Part shown: positions 35,866-42,563 of the stretch, one piece after another
How the letters are laid out: each line of letters begins with the position of its first letter
How positions within the stretch are numbered: the first letter of the stretch is position 1
DNA from: Methanobacteriota archaeon
GTDB taxonomy: Archaea > Thermoplasmatota > Poseidoniia > Poseidoniales > Poseidoniaceae
Assembly: GCA_014240385.1 (NCBI GenBank)
Contig: JAAZXA010000068.1
Coordinates: 29,090 to 93,089 of the forward strand
Reading direction: 5' to 3'
DNA length: 64,000 nt
Notes under the pieces: generated by a model
Databases searched by the model: none
Told to the model about the DNA's origin: nothing
Seen by the model: only the letters and a program-made list of their open reading frames with translations
Made by a program: the position numbers and the translations under genes

Positions 35866-36765
35866 TCAACTGAACACAGTCAAGAGTTCCTTCCACTCCT
35901 TTGGAGCACCCATTCTTAGCCGAATTGCCCTGTCGAGGGTTCGGAATGTAACGGCATCGCCATTGGCGTGAGTCTCTTTCAAATGTTTCAATACGCCCCT
36001 TTTGATGTTAATATCAACGCCAGGGTACATATTGGGTAGAATTGTGTTCATTCGTTCAAAAACCTCTGTAGTTGTAAGAACAACAGGGACCAACCAAGAC
36101 CTGTCGACCAGGGGTTGAGGCATTTCATGTTCCATCTTGTTTGTGATGAAGATTACCTGTCCCTTGAAATCGAACTTTCTCGGTAGTCCGTTGTTATCAG
36201 CCCATGAACTGTTCCATGAGATGACTCTTTGTCCATATGAGTCAAGTGCAGCCTTGCACAGTTCCATCATAGTCTCCCCAGACCAGATATCCACATCGTC
36301 TAGCACTAGCACTCCACCTTCTTGGCGGTCGTGCATAGCGGTGTAGACTCCGGTAGGAGCAATGTGTCCGGCAACCCAAGTGAATCCTTGCTTGCCTTTC
36401 TTGTCCTCTACGAGGTTCATTCGCTTGAGTGCTTCCTTTACCATGTGAGATTTTCCTAGTCCGCCTGTTCCACAGACGATTACTGAGGGACTAAATCTTC
36501 GAATTACCATCAACACAATTGATTCCATCATTTCGAATCTTTTGTTGACTGAGTGTTTGCTCATTTTATCGGTAATCGATTGGTTTCGCGCTTTCATTTC
36601 TCGGATTTTGGTATTTTCCTCGATTGATTGCGTTTCTGCTGTTGTTGCTGTACTTGCAATTGGTGTTACAACTTCGTTAGTCACACTTGAGGGGTTCGTA
36701 AAATTGATGTTCTCAAGTGTGCCGTTTTTGATATTTGTTTCTCCTTGCAAGTTATTCGTTTGCAT
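35866..36765 (-). CDS. P-loop ATPase (AAA-like)
   Basis: VIVCGTGGLGKSHMVKEAL Walker A and VLVLDDVDIW Walker B; 299 aa; motif start 36763-36765. Confidence 0.5.
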   Translation of the reverse strand: MQTNNLQGETNIKNGTLENINFTNPSSVTNEVVTPIASTATTAETQSIEENTKIREMKARNQSITDKMSKHSVNKRFEMMESIVLMVIRRFSPSVIVCGTGGLGKSHMVKEALKRMNLVEDKKGKQGFTWVAGHIAPTGVYTAMHDRQEGGVLVLDDVDIWSGETMMELCKAALDSYGQRVISWNSSWADNNGLPRKFDFKGQVIFITNKMEHEMPQPLVDRSWLVPVVLTTTEVFERMNTILPNMYPGVDINIKRGVLKHLKETHANGDAVTFRTLDRAIRLRMGAPKEWKELLTVFS

Positions 36766-36776
36766 GAGCGGTGTGT

Positions 36777-37151
36777 TTAGAACACGGGGCAGTCATTCCA
36801 TTCTGCCCAAAAGGCAGACGATTCATCCTTTGCCAGCACAGGGCCGACTAGGACTTTGAATATCTCAAAGCGCATTCCCTCCAATTTTAATGGCAGGGTA
36901 ACATACCTGAGTATTGGAATTGCCTCACGGCCTTCATTCAGGGTATACCTTCTTTGAATAGCCATTAGTGATGATATCAACACTCGGCCTACAACCTTAG
37001 ATGCCGATTCATCGCTGGTGCTGCTTTGATGGGCAGTCCACGCTTTCCAAATCGGGATCCATAGGTAGTCATCCGTGTGTTCATCTGGTTGTATTGACCT
37101 CAACTTAGAGAAGAGGCTGTCTGCAACCGGGTCATTTGTTTGTTCTTGCAT
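36777..37151 (-). CDS. hypothetical protein, 124 aa
   Basis: motif start 37149-37151 (MLIQPLM QEQT..). Confidence 0.5.
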   Translation of the reverse strand: MQEQTNDPVADSLFSKLRSIQPDEHTDDYLWIPIWKAWTAHQSSTSDESASKVVGRVLISSLMAIQRRYTLNEGREAIPILRYVTLPLKLEGMRFEIFKVLVGPVLAKDESSAFWAEWNDCPVF

Positions 37152-37162
37152 GAGCGGTTGGA

Positions 37163-37429
37163 TTAGCAAATTTCAAGCCATGCTTGTGTAGCCATTTCGG
37201 CTTCCTTTTTGCTAATCGCTATCCGGTTTCCACCCTTTGTGGTGGATGTGAGGACTGTTCCTCCTTTAGCCCATTCTTGGGCCTGTCTTTGTGCGTTTTT
37301 CTTGGCCTTTCGACCTCGTTTTCCATTTTCATGGATTTGTGTTGCTGTATCTTCGTAATATTGAGTCGTTCTGTTGAAATCTATTGAGCCTGTTTTGCGG
37401 CTGATTTTCCACGGAAAGATCCTAGACAT
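37163..37429 (-). CDS. basic (K/R-rich) protein, 88 aa
   Basis: variant start context CCCCTC-ATG (catgaggggtgc 37427); GKRGRKAKKNAQRQAQ. Confidence 0.45.
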   Translation of the reverse strand: MSRIFPWKISRKTGSIDFNRTTQYYEDTATQIHENGKRGRKAKKNAQRQAQEWAKGGTVLTSTTKGGNRIAISKKEAEMATQAWLEIC

Positions 37430-37449
37430 GAGGGGTGCAAAATGGGTAA

Positions 37450-37497
37450 TTCAAAACAAAACGCCCAACCGCATTGTCGCGGTTGGGCTTTTTGAAT
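37450..37497. terminator. bidirectional intrinsic-terminator-like hairpin
   Basis: GCCCAACCGCATTGTCGCGGTTGGGC stem-loop between A-run and TTTTTGAAT; shares CCCAACCGC with 32668-32720 hairpin. Confidence 0.5.
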
Positions 37498-37695
37498 ATG
37501 ACTTTGCGTGGGGGGTGCTCGAGATTTTTACTAGCCGCCTGCCTGCTGTATGGCTCTCGAGGGTCCGTGAGGACACGGCTCCTAACACAACTGATTTCCT
37601 TCTTCAAGATCCAGTTGGCCTCATCCCTGAATTAGGGATTACATTCCTCATTACCTATTGAAGCCGTTTCCGGCCTCTGCTGTAATTTTTTCGTA

Positions 37696-37777
37696 CATGT
37701 GGGGTTATCGTTATGTCCATCTCGATTCATGGCTCCATTGCCGACCTCTAATAGGCGGAGCGGGATTTTTTTCGGTG
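37696..37777. repeat. ~82-bp repeat, copy 1 (CATGTGGGGTTATCGTTATGTCCATCTCGATTCATGGCTCCATTGCCGACCTCTAATAGGCGGAGCGGGATTTTTTTCGG)
   Basis: ~97% identical to 40303-40383; upstream (minus-strand sense) of basic-protein gene 37163..37429. Confidence 0.75.
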
Positions 37778-37788
37778 TGTTGAAAGGT

Positions 37789-38067
37789 TCAACGCTTTGC
37801 CTTGAGCATTTCTAGTTGCTGCAAGTGCTGGTTGTCTCTGAGTTGTTGCGCTGCATCCTTCATAACGAGTATTGTTGTCTGGGCATTTCCAATCACTCTA
37901 TCGATTGCTGCCTTTGACGCCTCGTCAATGAGAAGTTGCTCAACGCAATTACTTGCTTCCCTTGCTATCATCTTAATCTCTGATTTTTCACAGTTTTTGA
38001 TGTTTCGGGGGCGACGGTTTCGCTGGTTTCCTTTTCCTTTTCTTGGTTTTATACATTTATCGTGCAT
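37789..38067 (-). CDS. basic protein, 92 aa
   Basis: motif start 38065-38067; KPRKGKGNQRNRRPRNIKN. Confidence 0.5.
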   Translation of the reverse strand: MHDKCIKPRKGKGNQRNRRPRNIKNCEKSEIKMIAREASNCVEQLLIDEASKAAIDRVIGNAQTTILVMKDAAQQLRDNQHLQQLEMLKAKR

Positions 38068-38090
38068 GAGCGGTTTGCTTTGGAACGGGA

Positions 38091-38124
38091 GCCCCGCTCA
38101 ATATCCGCAGATATTGGGCGGGGC
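38091..38124. terminator. 15-bp-stem hairpin (GCCCCGCTCAATATC/GATATTGGGCGGGGC)
   Basis: near-perfect inverted repeat with CGCA loop directly after stop of gene 38145..39071 and upstream of gene 37789..38067; stem contains CCGCTCA. Confidence 0.4.
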
Positions 38125-38144
38125 GTTCTAGATTTTGAACTCGT

Positions 38145-39071
38145 TCATACTCCGACGGATTTTGCTTTCTTGCTGTTTGTGATTGTTACAGCCAAGTTTG
38201 GTAATCCATCTTCATCTGTGCGTAGGTCAATGAAGTAGCCACGGATGCTTTCGTTGCAATCTAATGCTAAACGCCAGACACTTTGTTTTCCTGTTGGAGG
38301 TGCGGCAATTGGTATGCCTGCTCCCTCAACTAGGGTGTGAACAGAGTAATCAGCCTCATTCATTGGGTTTGAAGCTGCTCGTCCGGACAAGATGTAACCA
38401 GGGGTGATTCCCTGTCCATCATGGCGGGTTAGGCTCATCAAGTTGGCTGGACCGTTTAGGTCGCCAAGAAAGTTGATGAGCCCGATTCCGATTTGTCCTC
38501 GAGTAACTTTCCCATTTGATTGTGGGGTTGAGTCCTGTCCTTCCATGAAAAATGGAATAGATCTGATGCGTAGAGCACTATTGATTAGTGCAACGAATCC
38601 TTGAACCATGTTCAGACTGTTGGAGTTGTAAAGCTGCCATCTGCTGAGGCCATCCACTGATGGGGTAGGCCAGTAGTCCAATTTTTCGTGATACTCACAT
38701 TCTGCCATTCGCACGAATACCGTGTTCAGCCCGATGATTGTTGGGCTTGGTGCGGTTACGATGTCTGAGATGATTCCTGCATCTTTGAGGATGCTGAGTT
38801 CATCAACGAGGGCTTGCTTATCAAGTCCGAAGGCCAGCATGTCGCATCTGACTTCGTAGACTGGTCCGTCTCCGTCAGTATTTGGGACATAGATGAAGCG
38901 AGTTCCACCGTTTACAATGTATCGGGTGAAGTTCTTCTTTCCTTTTTGCTTGGTCTTCCTTGTGACTTCTACTCCTTCCAAGTGTTGTTCTGCTGCTTGG
39001 AGGGTATTGATTAAGTCCTCTGGGTCTATCTTTTCGTTCGTTTTGGTTTCTGTTTGCATGTTTGTTTGCAT
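38145..39071 (-). CDS. hypothetical protein, 308 aa
   Basis: motif start 39069-39071. Confidence 0.55.
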   Translation of the reverse strand: MQTNMQTETKTNEKIDPEDLINTLQAAEQHLEGVEVTRKTKQKGKKNFTRYIVNGGTRFIYVPNTDGDGPVYEVRCDMLAFGLDKQALVDELSILKDAGIISDIVTAPSPTIIGLNTVFVRMAECEYHEKLDYWPTPSVDGLSRWQLYNSNSLNMVQGFVALINSALRIRSIPFFMEGQDSTPQSNGKVTRGQIGIGLINFLGDLNGPANLMSLTRHDGQGITPGYILSGRAASNPMNEADYSVHTLVEGAGIPIAAPPTGKQSVWRLALDCNESIRGYFIDLRTDEDGLPNLAVTITNSKKAKSVGV

Positions 39072-39095
39072 GAGCGGTTGATAGTTGAGTTAAAC

Positions 39096-39422
39096 TCAAC
39101 GGTATGCACCATACTTCAAACCGGGGATTGGGTGGTTTCCGGCTCCACGACGCCTCATTGTGGCAATCATGGAATGAAGGACTTGGTTCGCACGGAACGC
39201 AAGTTCATTTGGTCCCTTTGAAGGATCCAAATTTCCTTTGAAGTCGAATGCACCTGCTTCTTGAATGTCTGTCTCGCATAGGAGGCAGAGCCATTCAGGA
39301 GCTTTTCCAATTGTTAGCACCTTGCGGTGTCCAACAGAGGAGAACTCCTCGCTGTTCAGGTTGCAGTTGCATATAGCGCATGTTCTTGTTATCAATTTCT
39401 GCTTCGTTTGTGTTTGTAGCAT
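39096..39422 (-). CDS. Zn-binding protein, 108 aa (first gene of leftward block)
   Basis: ATG 39420-39422; upstream context ACCGCAC 9 nt from ATG rather than abutting; CAICNCN...CLLCETD. Confidence 0.5.
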   Translation of the reverse strand: MLQTQTKQKLITRTCAICNCNLNSEEFSSVGHRKVLTIGKAPEWLCLLCETDIQEAGAFDFKGNLDPSKGPNELAFRANQVLHSMIATMRRRGAGNHPIPGLKYGAYR

Positions 39423-39840
39423 GTGTGGTGTGTGCGGTTTGGGTTCTGGCAGAGCATTACCTTCACCTACTACGGTCTCGATTCTCCCTTGTTTCTCAAA
39501 TCCTAACCGGAAAGTCCGGTAGTCGGGTAGGTTAAATCCACCTATGATGGTGAATTAGTCCTCTTAATTGAGAATCGGCCTGCGTGGAACTCTGCTTCCT
39601 CTACGGCCATGGGGGAGTCGGCTCTAAGCAACATCAAGTCAAAGTAAGCATCCCCGATGGATTGCTCCATCTTCGTCTGCTTAGATCATGCTATGATATC
39701 GTTCGTAGCGACGCTTTGACTTGAATCGGCTTCGAGCTATCGATTCAGTAGTTGGTGGCCTCTACCACTGCTCGCTATCCGTTAAGGATGAGCATGTGGT
39801 TTTGGCCGTTATACGAGCGGTTGCGTAAACATTGGCAATC

Positions 39841-40305
39841 TCATTGAGCGACCTGCCGCTTTCGTCTTGCTAAAGGAACTGGTGTTCTTTTGGGCTTGAC
39901 GGTTTTAGCGGCAGGTTGTACTCGGCTTCTGGACGCCTGATTAAACAGGTTAGTCGCAGATGATGTTCTTGCCTTATTCTTCTGCCCCTTGAACTGGGAT
40001 TTCTTGGCATGTGGCTTTGACGCCTTTGCCTTGACAGTTTTCATGTGCTTTCTCCAAGCCTTGATGTGATTATCATAGATTGGATCTGCGAAAACTGCTT
40101 CTGGCACATACCGAGAGACCATACTTCCGATTCGATTCCAGCCACCAAAACTCAATGAATCATTCATTGCGTTTTTGATTTTGGAAACATAGGATGCTGG
40201 AGCATTCTTATTCAGTTTGCTCCAGTGTTCGGAACCCATCTTGGTAACCCAAGTTGGGATGTAGAGTTCTTGCGGGGTTTCGATGTTCTTATTTTGCATA
40301 TTCAT
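39841..40305 (-). CDS. basic protein with K/R-rich tail, 154 aa
   Basis: ATG 40303-40305 inside 82-bp repeat copy 2 (context CCCCCC-ATG); C-terminal KKSQFKGQKNKAR...KPKRTPVPLARRKRQ. Confidence 0.5.
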   Translation of the reverse strand: MNMQNKNIETPQELYIPTWVTKMGSEHWSKLNKNAPASYVSKIKNAMNDSLSFGGWNRIGSMVSRYVPEAVFADPIYDNHIKAWRKHMKTVKAKASKPHAKKSQFKGQKNKARTSSATNLFNQASRSRVQPAAKTVKPKRTPVPLARRKRQVAQ

Positions 40306-40383
40306 GGGGGGTTATCGTTATGTCCATCTCGAATCATGGCTCCATTGCCGACCTCTAATAGGCGGAGCGGGATTTTTTTCGGT
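40303..40383. repeat. ~82-bp repeat, copy 2
   Basis: see 37696-37777; abuts start codon of gene 39841..40305. Confidence 0.75.
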
Positions 40384-40400
40384 AGTGTTGATGGGAGAAT

Positions 40401-40778
40401 TTAGTCCTCAGCGATTGTGGGATCTTGAAGCGAATCATTTGCTTCTGCTGTTCCCTTTGCTGGGGACAGAACTTTGGACTCATTGAAGGTCCAACCTAAT
40501 TCCATCATCATGGATAGAATCCATTCAGGTGCTTGACTCCAGTTGCCATGGAACTTGATGTTGCACATGTTGGCGAATTCAATTATCTCGCTTTCTAATG
40601 TGCTTTGTGTTTTGCCATGGGTTGCTGCTGTCGCTGCAATTGCCTGATTAATGGATGCTCCAGATGCTTCTACTTCGAGCAATACTGTGTCCCAAAGGGT
40701 CATCATTGCTGAGTATAGGCTCAGGTATATTCGTTCTGCCATCGTGCTTGTTTGCTTGCTAACTTGTGTGTGTTGCAT
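40401..40778 (-). CDS. hypothetical protein, 125 aa
   Basis: ATG 40776-40778 in CCCCAC-ATG context (catgtggggtatgg). Confidence 0.45.
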   Translation of the reverse strand: MQHTQVSKQTSTMAERIYLSLYSAMMTLWDTVLLEVEASGASINQAIAATAATHGKTQSTLESEIIEFANMCNIKFHGNWSQAPEWILSMMMELGWTFNESKVLSPAKGTAEANDSLQDPTIAED

Positions 40779-40802
40779 GTGGGGTATGGGAAGACTTTGT
40801 CT

Positions 40803-40860
40803 TCCTCATTAGCATAGGTCATAGGGGCCGTAGGCCCTGACCGTTTTAGTCATGTTTTGG
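40803..40860. repeat. two-hairpin element, copy 1 (..CCTCATTAGCATAGGTCATAGGGGCCGTAGGCCCTGACC + T/GT-rich tail)
   Basis: hairpin GGAAGAC-tttg-TCTTCC then GGGCC-GTA-GGCCC; 3 copies (40803, 41195, 42041). Confidence 0.65.
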
Positions 40861-41034
40861 TGCTAAGTTTTATTCTACCTCTCGATAGAAACGGCGCAAA
40901 GCAACCTTTGGACTCCTCCCGTAAAGGGTGGTGTGTGTGGTGTTACGGGTGTCCATGGGTCTCTCTCGCCAATAAAGCGAGTTGTAGGCGTACTCCAACG
41001 CCTCGTTGTTCGTCAATGATTTGACTACACCTCA

Positions 41035-41168
41035 TGGTGGACCGTGCTGGATTCGAACCAGCGGCCTCCTAAGACAGACAACTTCGACTCCTTCCGTCCT
41101 GCCCGGGACAGTTCGGTTTTTGTCTTATTCTGTTTCTTAGGCGCTCTTCCTGACTGAGCTAACGGCCC
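41035..41168 (-). tRNA. archaeal-type tRNA with ~57-nt anticodon-loop intron and encoded CCA; isotype unresolved
   Basis: revcomp reads GGGCCGT-TA-GCTC-AGTCAGGAA-GAGC-G-CCTAA[64 nt]TTAGG-AGGCC-GCTGG-TTCGAAT-CCAGC-ACGGTCC-A-CCA: all four stems canonical; loop+intron between CCTAA/TTAGG. Confidence 0.7.
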
Positions 41169-41194
41169 GTAACGGTGTTTTGAGGAAGTATTTC

Positions 41195-41250
41195 TTCCTC
41201 ATTGGTATAGGTCATAGGGGCCGTAGGCCCTGACCCATTTGTGTGTGGTT
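41195..41250. repeat. two-hairpin element, copy 2
   Basis: GAGGAAG-tattt-CTTCCTC then ATTGGTATAGGTCATAGGGGCCGTAGGCCCTGACC, GT-rich tail, then start-less TGTGAGCGGTTT (41261-41272). Confidence 0.65.
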
Positions 41251-41376
41251 TTTGTGTGTTTGTGAGCGGTTTAGCCTGATTTCCAATCCATACTGACGAA
41301 CTTCCTCGTAAACCAATTCTGGCCTTTCGGCACTCTCGGTTTGCGTAAGAGAGCGAGATCGTTCCCCGTGAGGGGC

Positions 41377-41646
41377 TTAGATCTTCGTAGCTCGCCTTCT
41401 GTTCACCTGGAACCATTGCTGGTACAGGTGCTCTCCAATAACTACTGCTGCAGGGTCGAGCATCGGGTTTCCGCTTGCTAGTGGACGGTCAAAAGACCAA
41501 TCCATGTGCTTACGGTGTTGCCGATATTGCTGTCGCCTGTAACTCAAATAGGGGTGTCCTTCACCGTCAAAGCGGTGTCGGTAACGATATTTTCTTATTT
41601 TTCCCCTCTTCCCAGCATTGGAAATCGTTTGTTGGCTAATTTGCAT
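41377..41646 (-). CDS. basic R/Q/Y-rich hypothetical protein, 89 aa
   Basis: ATG 41644-41646, no motif and no SD; in control region; weak. Confidence 0.25.
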   Translation of the reverse strand: MQISQQTISNAGKRGKIRKYRYRHRFDGEGHPYLSYRRQQYRQHRKHMDWSFDRPLASGNPMLDPAAVVIGEHLYQQWFQVNRRRATKI

Positions 41647-42040
41647 TTATCATACAAGCCCTGAACTACCTCATGTCCGTGGGGCTAATCCACATTGTCC
41701 TTTCGGAGCGTAGAATCACCTAAGCAGCAACCAGCCGCTTTTGCTTCGTAACATATCGGACCAACTGACTAATGCCAGTAGTGATTAAGTCACCAACGAG
41801 GTCTTTTCGTCAATGTTACGGTTTTCGGTGGACTACATGGGAAAGGAGCGATGATAGTCGCTACTTTCTCTCAATGTATATCCGTTAGCCGAGAAGAGGC
41901 ACCAAAAGGTGCGGGTATCTCTATTTCTCGACCCGGTGTCTCGGTGAAGTCCTCTTTCGAGGGATCCTCCGCCTTATCCCCTATCTCTAGGGTTTAGCAG
42001 ATACTTCGTGTAGGCCCTTGAGCCAACCGAGAGAGGGCAT

Positions 42041-42100
42041 TCCTGTCCTCATTAGATGAGGTCATAGGAGCCCTAGGCCTTGCCGTAGCAAGGTGGTGTG
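42041..42100. repeat. two-hairpin element, copy 3 (diverged: GGAGCCCTAGGCC)
   Basis: TCCTGTCCTCATTAGATGAGGTCATAGGAGCCCTAGGCCTTGCC + GTGTGTGG tail. Confidence 0.55.
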
Positions 42101-42101
42101 T

Positions 42102-42545
42102 GGTATAATTTCTTCGTGGTTTTAGGCCACAGGAGGTATATGAATAGGCCCTTTTACTCTCTTTCCTTTGGATCTAGAGGCCTCAAGCTGCTACTCTTGG
42201 CCTCTTTCTCTAGAAAGAGTGTATTTTGGGTATTTCTTCATGTTCTCCACTGTATTGTGCCACAGGGGGTATATGAATAGGCCACTTGCAGTCAATTTCA
42301 AGATCGCTGAAAGGGCATGATTAGCTTCTCATGCCTTCGCTTTCAATTATTGCTTCAATATGGGTATTTCTTCATGTTCTCCACTGTATTGTGCCACAGG
42401 GGGTATATGAATAGGCCATATTTCGGTAACATCTCCAGATCTCTCCTTCGAAAGCTACTCCTGGCATGGCCGTAGGCCAAACAGGGTGAAATATGGGTAT
42501 TTCTTCATGTTCTCCACTGTATTGTGCCACAGGTGTTATTTGGCA
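42102..42545. promoter_or_regulatory. periodic array: 4 direct ~56-bp units (period ~126-134 bp), each ending in GGTATATGAATAGGCC box, immediately upstream of TFB gene
   Basis: units at 42102-42150 (degenerate), 42228-42283, 42361-42416, 42495-42533 (last lost the TATATGAA box); unique ~75-bp segments between units. Confidence 0.7.
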
Positions 42546-42563
42546 AGGCCGTTTCCGTTAACC

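Noticed and set aside
41159-41416. 85-aa minus-strand ORF
   Set aside because: It overlaps the 5' half of the intron-containing tRNA and the two-hairpin repeat, and it has no start signal.
42102-42545. CRISPR array
   Set aside because: The repeat units are 56 bp and are separated by ~75-bp unique segments with a ~130-bp period. That is outside CRISPR repeat and spacer size ranges, and the units contain a TATA-like box. No cas genes are present.
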